64,000 bases of DNA, taken from the NCBI RefSeq assembly GCF_009914755.1, contig NC_060925.1; one strand, 5' to 3'. The notes under the pieces were generated by a model. That model was not told the DNA's origin and searched no databases. It saw only the letters and a program-made list of their open reading frames with translations. Every line of letters starts with the position of its first letter. The stretch's first letter is position 1. Source of the DNA: the human T2T-CHM13v2.0 reference genome, Homo sapiens. A program made the position numbers and the translations under genes. This document shows positions 16,141 to 44,704 of the stretch, piece by piece.

Positions 16141-17004
16141 GTTGTTTAGGAAAAACCTCTCAAACTGTGTTTTTCCTCTACTGTCACACCACCATCACCA
16201 CAATCACCAATATAGAAGAATGATCTGACCACGGGTATGGGTTTTCTTTTTTCCCCCCACACACTAAACAGTGGACACCAGCTGGGTGTCCTCTCATTCA
16301 ATTCCAACACTACCTACCTGGAGATAGTATCAGATCTCATAGGTGGAGGGCTCAGTTCCCAAGACTGTCTCCTGAACCCTAGACACCAGTCACAACGCCA
16401 GGCCTCTGGAACTTCTGACAAGCTGGCTTCAAATTGAGGTTCCCATGATCCCCTCTTTGGGTTGGATTAATTTGCTGGAGTTATTTACAGAAATCAAGGA
16501 AACACCCATGTTGACTGGTTTGGGATACTACAAAGGATAAAGATGAAGAGATGCATAAGGTGAGATACGGAGGAAGGCTTGTGGAGCTTCCATGCCTTGG
16601 CTGGGACATTACCCTCAGGAAGCTCTGTGTATTCATGCTAGCCAGAAGCTCTCTGAATCCAGTCTTCTCAGAAGTTTTTTTTGGCTGATCTCAGCTCACT
16701 GCAACCTCTGCCTCCTGGGTTCTCCTGCCTTGGGCTCCTGACTAGCTGGGACTATAGGCACACACCACCACGCCCAGCTAATTTTTGTATTTTTAGTAGA
16801 GATGGGGTTTCACCATGTTGGTCATGGCTGGTCTCGATCTCCTGACCTTGTGATCCGCCTGCCTCGGCCTCCTGAAGTGCCGGGATTATAGGCGTGAGCC
16901 ACCGCACCCAGCCAATTTTTTTAAAACTTAAAAATTAGACAGGCATGGTGGCACATGCCTGTAGTCCCAGCTACTCAGGAAGCTAAGGCAGGAGGACTGC
17001 TTAA

Positions 17005-17706
<702 letters not shown>

Positions 17707-18149
17707 CTTGAGCTGAGGAATTCAAGGCTGCAGTGAGCTATGATCGTGTGTGCCACTGCACTCCAGCCTGGAGGAGAGAGCAAGACCCTATCTCTAAGAA
17801 AATAAAATAAAAATAAATAAAATGAGGGTAATAAAAACAACTCTCTCCAGTGGTGTTGTTGGGACTAAATGAGATATAAAGAAAAAAAAACAGAAGTAAA
17901 TGAGATAGTATATTTAAAGCACTTATGGGGCACGCTGCCCAGCATACCAGTGGCTGCTTGGTATTTGGGAGCTGTTGTATTGGCGGTGCCGTGATTCAGT
18001 TAGTGGTGACAGTGAGTGTCTCTAGTGCTGTGTTATGGGGCTCTGTCCTGACCAACAACATGGCTGGTGGAGTTGAAGTTGCAAGGGACAGCCAGATCTA
18101 AATTTAGAGTGAGAGAAAACAGTGAGCCATAGAACCAGCATCCACAACA

Positions 18150-18470
18150 ATTTCGACAGGCTGGAATAAGCAAGATGACATTGTTCTGTTGTGAGCCTCA
18201 AGACATTACAGAAAGCAGAGGATCGGGGAGAGACCTGACTTGACCCCAACTCCGGTGAAAAGGATCTGAATGATTTAGTTGACCACAACCTGATGGGAAC
18301 TAATCATGGGAGAGAAAGGCTCTGAAGCCCAGCAGTCTTAGGCTGCATTAACAATGTGTCGCATCCAGACTGGAAAAAATAATAGGCCTATTGTGCTGGC
18401 TTGGTCAGGCCATATCTGGAATCTTGCGTTGCTACACTGACAGACTGGAATCAGGCCAGGAGGGGGACCA
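18150..18470 (+). mobile_element. Ancient CR1/L3 LINE fragment
   Basis: ttaggctgcattaac...catccagact...ggtcaggccatatctgga resembles the L3 RT region. Confidence 0.6.
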
Positions 18471-18550
18471 GCCCAGCTTCAGCTCCCAGGCACTTGTGCT
18501 AAATGCTTCCTGTGCATTTTCTTGTTTCATCCCCAAAACAAATCTATTAG

Positions 18551-18745
<195 letters not shown>

Positions 18746-20738
18746 TGAGACAGGGTTTCACCATATTGGCCAGGCTGGTCCGGAACTCCTGACTTCGTGA
18801 TCCACCCACCTCAGCCTCCCAAAGTGCTGGGATTACAGGCGTGAGCCAGGGTGCCTGGCCAGTAGCTACTATTAATATCACCATTTTACACAGGGAGGTT
18901 AACTGAGTTGTTCAGAGTCAGCCGCACAGCTAGTAAATGGAGACACTTAGGGCTTTTCCTAATGGGTTTCTGTGTGCTTGTACCTTAGCAGGGGAAGACT
19001 GAACATTCATTCACTGAACACAATAATTCAGGCCCTAAGCTAGTTGGTGGGGACACAGAAGTGAAAAAGATGCGGTTCCTACCTGAGGAGCTCATTGTCA
19101 ACCGGGGGATACAGATCACTTGTGGTATGGTGTGACTGTGGGAGAGAAGATTTGGGGGCTGCAAGGGAGCTTAGCTAACCAAGCCTGGAGAGGGGAAAAG
19201 AGACAGAACAGTGTCACACAGCTTGGAGTAATGGGGCCAGCCATTCCCTTTCCACAGTATTCAGTGCCTCACTTTGGCTCTCTTCTGCTCAGCAATGGCC
19301 AAGAGCTGTGTGCCCAGATGGGATCTGCTGGCGTATGAGGGAGCATGGTGTGACCATCCTGGGGCAGATAGACCTTATCTCTCCTCCCTGCAATCAGAGA
19401 TTTAAAGAAAGGAAGAAGGAGGCTGACATTAAGGAGCACAGGAACCGGGTGGGTAGCCTTTGAGAGTTCCAGCAGCCCCTTCACTAATCAGAGAACTGGA
19501 AAGACCGGGGTGACATTGACATAAGGGACTCAGAGGTGGAACTAAAGACTGTTCTTTTCTGGCATCCGTGCCTGCCTTCTGTTCCAAACTAATGCCCTCC
19601 CATCTTCTTTTGAGGACCACATTTCTGGGCATTCTCTTTTTCAAAACTTTCCCTGTTTCAACCCTCAGTGCCTCTGGAGCCATGTATCTCCCAGGGCTTC
19701 TTGTTGGGAGACACATACACCCCATTCTGCCGTCTGTAATTTATGCTAAGAGGGATAGAGCAGGGCTGTTGAGAGCAACTGCTTTGGTATCGGACAAAAC
19801 CTTTCAGGCCTGGCTCTGCTACATAACAGTTGCTTCACTTCTCCAAGTTTCCCCTTCCTGTGCTGTAAAATGGGGATAATAATAGTACCACCCTCACTTG
19901 GTGGTTTTTGAGGGCCGAAAGAGATCATATTAAGCATGGAGGAAGCTATCCATAAAAAGGCCACTGTTGTCATAGTGTACTAGCGGGCGTAGCCCCGGCT
20001 TCTCTCCACGACTTGGGAGCTCCCTTCTGGCAGGGGCAGCCACTGGATTGCCTCATCTTTCTCCCCATTGCCCGGATGCCAAGGGCAGGACGGGGGAATG
20101 GTGTGTCTTCGGGGATGAGAGAGAGGCATCAGGAGGGAAAGTGTCAGCGTACGTCCTCTAGGCTTGAAGAAGGAGAGAGGCCCTGACTCCAGATTTTAAA
20201 GTGGGCTTCAGAGCCCCTACCTTTCCTAGGCCTGGGGCTCAGAAGTCATGGGTGGTAGGCCCGACTCGGGGAGAGTCGGACCTTGGGGACCTCGGGGACC
20301 TCGGGCAGATCGGGGACCCCGGGCAGATCACTTTCAGCCTGGGGCCTCGGTTTCCTCGCGCGTGTCTGGGAGGTCTCGCGGCCTGCTTCTCGGATTGCTA
20401 GGAGCCAGCGCAGGCAGATGCCGGTTCCGGGGCTTGGAGAACGTGGCTCGGTGGCACAGAGCCGCCGGGCGAGGCGGGGGCAGGGAGGCGGGCGACGGGA
20501 TTGGCTGGAGGCGGGGCAGCGGGGCTCGGGGATTGGCCGCAACCGAGAGGGCTGGGCAGAACTATAAGAGGCGCGGAGGGGGCGTGCAGCAGAGTGCGTT
20601 CCTCGTCTGCCAGCCGGCTTGGCTAGCGCGCGGCGGCCGTGGCTAAGGCTGCTACGAAGCGAGCTTGGGAGGAGCAGCGGCCTGCGGGGCAGAGGAGCAT
20701 CCCGTCTACCAGGTCCCAAGCGGCGTGGCCCGCGGGTC

Positions 20739-35015
<14,277 letters not shown>

Positions 35016-35425
35016 GGCCCGCCACGTTGCCCGAAGCCACCATGCAGAAGGCCACAGAAGGGATCAGGACCTGTCTGCCGGCTTGCTGAGCAGCTGGACT
35101 GCAGGTGCTAGGAAGGGAACTGAAGACTCAAGGAGGTGGCCCAGGACACTTGCTGTGCTCACTGTGGGGCCGGCTGCTCTGTGGCCTCCTGCCTCCCCTC
35201 TGCCTGCCTGTGGGGCCAAGCCCTGGGGCTGCCACTGTGAATATGCCAAGGACTGATCGGGCCTAGCCCGGAACACTAATGTAGAAACCTTTTTTTTACA
35301 GAGCCTAATTAATAACTTAATGACTGTGTACATAGCAATGTGTGTGTATGTATATGTCTGTGAGCTATTAATGTTATTAATTTTCATAAAAGCTGGAAAG
35401 CAGCTGCCTGTTTCTGTCTGTGTCC
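35016..35425 (+). terminator. MFSD2A: MFSD2A 3' UTR (about 390 nt) with variant poly(A) signal CATAAA (35385-35390) and a downstream GU-rich element
   Basis: No AATAAA/ATTAAA seen. CATAAA is preceded by UGUA motifs and AU-rich sequence and followed by ctgtttctgtctgtgt. Confidence 0.7.
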
Positions 35426-36219
35426 TCAGCCACTCACTGAGCCCTTCTGCCTTAAGACTCCGTTAGAGAACACACTGAGCCCCAGGTGCTACTGGGTGGG
35501 GGCGAACATGTCTGGAGTTGTGGCTGGAGTGCAGTGGCGCAATCTCGGCTCAGGCAATCCTTCCTTCTGCTTCACCCTCTCGAGTAGCTGGGACTACAGG
35601 CATGCACCACCACGCCTGGCTGATTTTTAAATTTTTTTGTAGAGATGGAGGTTTCACTATGTTGCCCAGGCCAATCCTTCTCACTGGACTCAAGCAATCC
35701 TCCTGCATTAGCCTCCCAAAGTAGTGGGATTACAGGTGTGAACCACTACACCTGGCCTCTTGCTAAGTCAAGGCTGTTCTTATTTGAAAGATAAGAACAC
35801 CCTAGTGTAGAGAGGGATTTAGCTAAAGTCACGCAGCCTTTAGTGACCTAACTGGAATTTTATCCCAACTCTGTAAGACTCCAATACCGTAATCGCCACT
35901 GTCTACTTCCTTGTGTCTGAGAATGACCAGGGGACCGGCAGACAGATGCTTGCTCTGGGTGTGCCTGTACACTGTGCTTCCTGCCTGGTGCATGCCTGAG
36001 CCTGCAGGGCTGGTGGGGCTGGAGGCCTGTGGGGTCCCTGGAGACTGGTGGTTCTTTCTCCACAACTGTTACTGATGGTATTGAAAGGTGAGAATGTACC
36101 TGCTGGATGTGTGTATCAGATGAGGGAGGATTTTACCACAGACGCACTGGTGACAAAAAAAAACCAAACACCTCCGGTAGGGAACAGGGTGGTGGGGAAG
36201 GCCTAGTTGGGAGCACTTG

Positions 36220-36352
36220 GCTAACTTCCATGGTATGAATAACTCCCACCATAGCCAATTTCAAGTTATCCATGGTTGTTCATTTGAACATTTCCTAAAC
36301 ATTTAGTAGTTGGCTTTTACAAGCTGGTAGGAGCTTGCCTAACACACCACTG
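36220..36352 (-). mobile_element. hAT DNA transposon fragment (MER63-like)
   Basis: aactcccaccatagccaatttcaagttatcc...cacaccactg terminus. Confidence 0.55.
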
Positions 36353-37249
36353 GGTCTCACACTTAGGCCAAGCCCCCAAAATCACAAGAAGGCAAAGCTG
36401 GCAGGATCAGGAGCTACTAGTCAAATCTCCTGATTTTATAAATAGATAAATGAGGCCCAGACAAGAGAGGCTCTTAGGCTATTCTGGCTTGGTTCTTACC
36501 TTGAGTGTGGGGCTCCGTTTTGGGTGGGAGGGAGGTCCACCATTTTTACTGATGAAGTTCTGCCAGGTTACTTTGATAAATTACATTAAGCGTTACTAAC
36601 AGGCATGGTTACATGTGTGTAATAAGTATGAATTCAGTTAGTCTTCAGATAGTTGTCAGAACTTCCCTATGAGGAAGGTATTATTGTCATCCTCACGTTA
36701 AGAGATAAGGAAACTGACGCAGGGAAAAGTTAAGTAACCTGCTCAAGGTCATTGGACAGTCACTGGAAGAGCTGATACTTGAATCGAGGTTGGCTATAGT
36801 GCCTGGGCTCTTAACCACTACTTAAGGCTGTTAGGTGAACCAATGGTTTTGTCAACACCAAGGCAAGTCACACACTGTCTTTGTATCAGCCATCTCATGT
36901 CAGGCTGTCTGGGCAAGGCAGGAGCCTAGAGTCTGTTATGGCCTCTGGAGCTGGCCTGCTCAGAGACTCTGAGATAATGTTTATAGAAGCCCACTTATAC
37001 CTCCTCTCTCCCTCCACTCTAACCAGTAACCACCAAGTCCTGTCTTTAAAAAAAAAAAAAAATTAAAGTTTTCAGCTGGGCGCAGTGGCTCACGCCTGTA
37101 ATCCCAGCACTTTGGGAGGCCGAGGCGGGCAGATCACCTGAGGTCAGGAGTTCGAGACCAGCCTGGCCAACATGGTGAAACCCCGTCTCTACTAAAAATA
37201 CAAAAATTAGCCAGGTGTGGTGGTGCATGCCTGTAATCTCAGCTACTCA

Positions 37250-37351
<102 letters not shown>

Positions 37352-38410
37352 TCAAAACAGAAACAAACCAAAAACCAACAAACAAAAACAAAACTAGCCA
37401 GGCGTGGTAGCACATGCCTGTAATCCCAGCTACTTGGGAGGCTGAGGGCAGGAGAATGGCTTGAACCTGGGAGGCGGAGGTTGCAAAGAGCTGAGACCAT
37501 GCCATTGCACTACAGCCTGGGCAACAGAGCAAGACTCTGCCTGAAAAAAAAAAAAAAAAAAAAAATTAAAGTTTTCCAAACCACTCAAGCTTGTTTCTTT
37601 CTTAGCCCCACAATTACTTCTCAGGCATTATGCTCTCTTACCTGGGTGAATAGACAAGCATCCTGTCTTGTCTCCTTGACTTTAATTTGATCTCCTCACC
37701 TTCTTTCTGCAAACTATCCAAGATAACTCAGTAGCTCTCCTGTTTAGAAACATTTCTGTAAACTGGGTGTAGTGGCTCTGCCTGTAATCCCAGCTACTGG
37801 GGAGGCTGAGGTGTGAGGATTACGAGGCCAGGAGTTCAAGACCAGCCTGGGCAACATAATAAGACCCCGATTCTATAAAACAAAAAACAATTAGCCAGGT
37901 GTGGTGGCTTGCACCTTGTAGTTCCAGCTACCCAGGCAGCTGAAGCAGGAGGGTCTCTTGAGCCCAGGAATCTGAGGCTGCAGTGACCTATGATTGTGCC
38001 ACTGCACTCCAGCCTGGGGAACAGAGGGACACCCTGTCTCAAACAAAACAAAAAGTTTCCTAGAAATCCTTCTGTGAGTTCCTGTCTGAGTACCCTACTG
38101 ACCTTCCCAGGCCCAGATCTAGATGCAGCTCTTTTTGCAGGCCACCTGCGTGACCCTGGTCTTGCAGCTCCTGCTGCAGCTCTACCTGGCAGACACCCAT
38201 CCAATGTGTCTTGACTCCAGCAAGCCCCTCTGAAGCAGTCCCTACCCCTCTGCCTTTGGGACATCTCAGAGGGATCGTCTCTTTCATCGTGGTCTCCCAC
38301 ACTGAGCCGAGGGCCAGGCATGGTGGGGTGCGGCAGGCACGTGGAGCTGAGTGAATGGGAGCTGTGACCAGAGCAGGCTTTGGCTGGGCATCAGACCCAA
38401 CTCCCACTGA

Positions 38411-38798
<388 letters not shown>

Positions 38799-39133
38799 TT
38801 ACACTTGAACACCCTTGCTTCTCTCCAGTTTCACACTCACAGAAAATTGCTCTCCTCTTCCAAGATCCCCTGTTGAATTCTTGGGGACTTCTTTCGGGGT
38901 GGGACGGGTGAAGAGGGGAAGCAATGTCTGTTGGGTCATTGGCTACTCTAGGTCCCTTCTGGACAGATCATACCTACTTATTCTTGGGAGAAGAGCCATA
39001 TTGACTTCCTCTATGCTTGGATCCAGCATTACTACAACAAACCCTGTCTCTCCCTCTTCACTCGGCCCTGCTGCCCTGTCTTGCCAACCTCACAGCCCAT
39101 CCACACCTCTGGTAAGGACCAGGTGCAGCTTTG

Positions 39134-39147
39134 GCGCCACCTGCTGG
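39134..39147 (-). promoter_or_regulatory. Strong CTCF core motif (CCAGCAGGTGGCGC on the minus strand)
   Basis: + strand gcgccacctgctgg in non-repetitive-looking sequence, about 3.7 kb downstream of the MFSD2A 3' end. Confidence 0.65.
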
Positions 39148-39851
39148 AAGAAAGGAGCAGCACCTCCACGTTTCAAAGAGGAAATTCCAGATCTGACATT
39201 GTTTTGGAATATCGATTCCATTGATCCGAACAGATATTTACAATGAGTCTACTATATGCCACACACCAACTAGGCTCTGAGGACAAAGTGGTGAACAAAA
39301 TAGAGCTTACATTCTCAGTGGAGATCAATGACAAATAAATAATTTCAGATCGTAATAAGCATCATGAAAGAAGCGAGGTGATGTGATGGAGGAAACTGGT
39401 ACGGAACTACTTTAAGTCAAGTGCTCAGGAAAGAATGTCCTGAGAAAGTAACATTTGGCTGGACACAGTGGCTCATGCCTGTAATCCTAGCACTTTGGGA
39501 GGCTGAGGTGGAAGGATCACTTGAGCTCAGGAGTTCGAGACCAGCCTAGGCAATAGAGTGAGACCTCATCTCTACTAAAGATAAAAAATTAAAAAAATTT
39601 AAAAAAAGAAAGAAAAAGAAAGTGATCCTCATGAAGGATGAGAATTAGCTAAATGTGAAGAGAGCTTAGAGGGAAAGCATTGCAAGTAGAGGAGACAACG
39701 CAGACCCCAAGGCCCCAAAGAGCTTGGAATATCGGAAGGACAGAAAGGAGACCAGTGTGGCCAGAGTGTAGTGAATGAGGCCAGGCACAATTGCTCAAGC
39801 CTGTAATCCCAGCACTTTGGGAGGCCGAGGCAGGTGGATTACCTGAGGTCA

Positions 39852-40070
<219 letters not shown>

Positions 40071-40553
40071 TCAGGGAGAAGGAACAGCATGTGCTAAAGC
40101 CCAGAGGCCAGGGAGATCATGGTGGAGTCAAGGAACAGAAAGGCCAGTGTGCCTGGAGCACAAAGATTGAGGGAATGGGATGCAAGATGAGGCTGAGGAT
40201 GAAGGCAGAGGCAGATGGTCCACAACATGGCTTCGTGGGTTGTGTTAAGCATTTTGGTCCTTATCCTAAGAGCAGAGGGAGGCCATTGAAGAATTTTAAG
40301 CAGGGAAGCCATATGATAGATGAAGAGTTTGGAAAGACCTATCAGCTGCTCTGAGGAGAAAGAATTGAAGAAGGTGAGAAGGGAAGCTGGAAGACGAATG
40401 AAGAGGCTTCTCATGTAATGTTCCAAGGATGAGTGGTATTGATGAGTACAAGACGAGTGGAGGCAGTGGAGATAGAAAAGGACTGATTTGGCAGCTGGTA
40501 GGACTGGATATAATTGAGATGGAGAGGGAGAGGGGGAGAGAGTATGAAAGTGA

Positions 40554-40811
<258 letters not shown>

Positions 40812-41164
40812 TAATCCACCCGCCTTGGCCTCCCAAAGTGCTGGGATTACAGGCATGAACCACTGCACCTGGCCTATATTTCTTTTTTGTTTGTTCGTTT
40901 TTAAGAGAACATCTCACTGTCGCCCAGGCAGGAGTGCAGTGGCACGATCATGGCTCACTGCAGCCTCCACCTCCCAAGCTTCAGCGATCCTCCTGTCTCA
41001 TTTTTTGATTTTTTGTAGAGATAAGGTCTTGCTATGTGGCGAAGCCTGGTCTCGAACTCCTGGGCTCAAGCGATCCTTCCTCCTCAGCCTCCCAAAATGT
41101 TGGGATTACAGGTGTGAGCCATGGAGCCCGGCAATGCCTAGATTTCTATCTTGGGAAACAATGA

Positions 41165-41674
<510 letters not shown>

Positions 41675-41679
41675 TAGAT

Positions 41680-42050
41680 AATGTAATTAGACAAGAAAAA
41701 GAAATAAAAATTGGAAAGATATATGTAAAATGTTTAATTTAATTTTATTTATTTTTGTTTTTATACATTTTTTAAAAATAGGGTTTCACCATGTTGCCCA
41801 GGTTGGCCTTGAACTCCTGGACTCAAGGGATCCACCTGCCTTTAGCCTCCCCAAATGGGATTACAAGAGTAAGCCACTGCACCCGGCCTGGTAAAATTAT
41901 CTTTATTTGTCAATGACATGTTTGTATTCCAAGAGAACCCAAGTGAATCAACTGAAAAACTACTATAAACGATGAGAAGTCTCAGTAAGGAAAAAGGGTA
42001 TAAAATTATTACACAAAAATCAATCCCCTTCATATATACAAACTGCATTA
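41680..42050 (+). mobile_element. Old L1 ORF2 RT-region fragment
   Basis: agacaagaaaaagaaataaaa...tctttatttgtcaatgacatg (decayed SLFADDM motif). Confidence 0.7.
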
Positions 42051-42119
42051 AGCTAAATTGCATTGTTCAATGTAATAACCACACCACATTGCCTATTTAA
42101 TTTTAAATTTAAAACGAAT

Positions 42120-42634
42120 TGTTGGGAATAATGTTCAAAATCCTAAGGAAATTGAACACTCAAACACAGGATTCTTAGCAAAGCAATTTTACTTCTGCGC
42201 AGAGGGGTGCTTCTCCTTGGCCAGTCGCCATGAGAGCACACCTGAACAATGGAGCACAAGAGCCTTTATTCCTGACGCAAGTCCTGCCCCTGTACCCTTT
42301 TCCCATTGGCTGGGATCGGGTCGTACACCCTAAACTAATCCTGGTTGGCTAAACATTTGAACTTTTTTTACATAAGGTGGGCATGTAAGGGAGAGAGGGG
42401 AAAGGGAGAGGGGTATCTGCAATAAGCGAGAGAGCTAGTCTTCTTTCCAAATAAGGAAAGGAATGTGAGCTGGTACTGATAACGCCTGGTACTGTGGCGT
42501 GTCTGGGCATGTAACAAAAGCAGAAAGGAAGAAAAAAAAAGAAAAAGAAAAAAGGGGTGGGTAGGGGGGTACTATAAATTAAAGAATAAAGGATTGATCA
42601 GGCTATTTGAAGAGAAACCTCATCATATCCCACA
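42120..42634 (-). mobile_element. LTR10 (HERV-I; A/F-like) solo LTR, inserted in a hAT-Charlie (MER33-like) element
   Basis: The minus strand begins tgtgggatatgatgaggtttctcttcaaatagcc; TG...CA ends; near-TSD gaat/taat. Confidence 0.8.
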
Positions 42635-43076
42635 TAATTGAAATCAAATAAATTTAAAAATCAATTCCTCAATCACGCTAATCACATTTTAAGGTCTCAT
42701 TACCACATGTGACTGTTGGTTACTGTATTATAGAATATGCTGTATCAGAACATTTCAATCATTGCAGAAAGTTCTATTGTTCAGTGTTGACTTAGAAGAT
42801 ACAGTGAAAGAGGTGACCTCATTTATGAGAACAACAAAATGCTTCTGAATAAGAATGAAATAATTCTTTGTCAAACCACATAACTTAGTTTTTGGTCATG
42901 GGCCACCTGCATGGACCTCCCTGTATTTCAGGACATAGCTAAAGTATTATCTCTTTGGGAGTCTTTCTTGATGCTTCCAACCTGAGTCAAAGATTCCTCC
43001 AGGATCTCCTAGAGCAGAACACAGTTAACCTTCATTATTCACAGATTCCATATTTATGAATTTGTCTACTTGCTAA

Positions 43077-43461
<385 letters not shown>

Positions 43462-43469
43462 TAATTTAT

Positions 43470-43710
43470 TTTATTTTATTTTATTTATTTCAGTAGGTTT
43501 TTGGGGAACAGATGGTGTTTGATTGCATGAATAATTTCTTTAGTGGTGATTTCTGAGATTTTTGTGCACCCATCATCCAAGCAGTGTACACAGTATCCAA
43601 TGTGTAGCTTTTATCCCTCACTCCTCTCCCACCCTTTCCCATGAGTCTCCAAAGTCCATTGGATTATTCTTATGCCTTTGTGTACTCATAGCTTAACTCC
43701 CAACTCCCAT
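43470..43710 (-). mobile_element. L1PB-type 3' end fragment
   Basis: T-rich tail followed by ttttggggaacagatggtgtttg...tttagtggtgatttctgagattt, typical of the L1PB 3' UTR. Confidence 0.75.
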
Positions 43711-43928
43711 ATTAATACTCACGGTCATTCATGGATATGCACAGAGTGGCAAAAATTTCAAGTTGTCTAATGTGCATGTTCCCAGCTGAGGCTGAGCAAA
43801 GTGATGCCCTTCTTTTTTTTCACTTGGTGTTGTTTATTTAGTGCCATGTTTTTTCATTTTCATACTTTTTCTTGCCCCAAACAGAGTGCTGAAGTGTTGT
43901 CTAGTGTTTCTAAGCACAAGAAGGCTGT

Positions 43929-44284
43929 CGCTGTGGTTTGAATGTGTCCCCCAAATTTCACATGTTGGAAATTTAATCTCCAAATTTGTATGTTGATTGG
44001 AGATGGGGCCTTTAGGAGGTAATTGGGATTAGATAAGATAATCAGGATGGGACCTCTATGATGGGACTGGTGGTTTTACAAGGAGGGGAAGAGCGACCTG
44101 ACCTAACACTTTTGCATGTGTTGTCCTCCACCATGTTATGATGTAGCAAGAAGGCCCTCACTAGATGCTGACACCATGCTCCTGGACTTCGCAGCCTCTA
44201 GAACTGTAAGAAAGAAATTTCTTTTCTTGATAAATTATCCAGTCTCAGGTATTCTGTTATTGCAACAGAAAATAGACTAAGACA
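43929..44284 (+). mobile_element. MST-type MaLR solo LTR
   Basis: ctgtggtttgaatgtgtccccc...gcaacagaaaatagactaagaca; TSD gctgt/gccgt. Confidence 0.85.
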
Positions 44285-44704
44285 GCCGTGATGTGCCTTA
44301 CAGAGAAAATACATATGTTAGACAAGCTTCATTCAGGCATGAGTTGTAATGAGTTCAATGTCAATGAATCAACAATACCAATTAAATAAGGTGTCTTTAA
44401 ATAGAAGCACATGTAAAACATGGTTATGTATTGATCATTTAATAAAAGTGTTGTGATCAGACCAGGTGCGATGGCTCATGCCTGTAATCCCAGCACTTTG
44501 GGAGGCCAAGGCGGGCAGATCAATTGAGGTCACAGGCTTGAGACTAGCCCGGCCAACATGGCGAAACCCCATATCTACTAAAAATACAAAATTTAAGCCA
44601 GGCGCGGTGGCATGCACCTGTAATAACAACTACTCAGGAGGCTGAGGCAGGAGTATCGCTTGAATCTGGGAGGTGGAGGTTGCAGTAAGCCAAGATTGCA
44701 TCAC

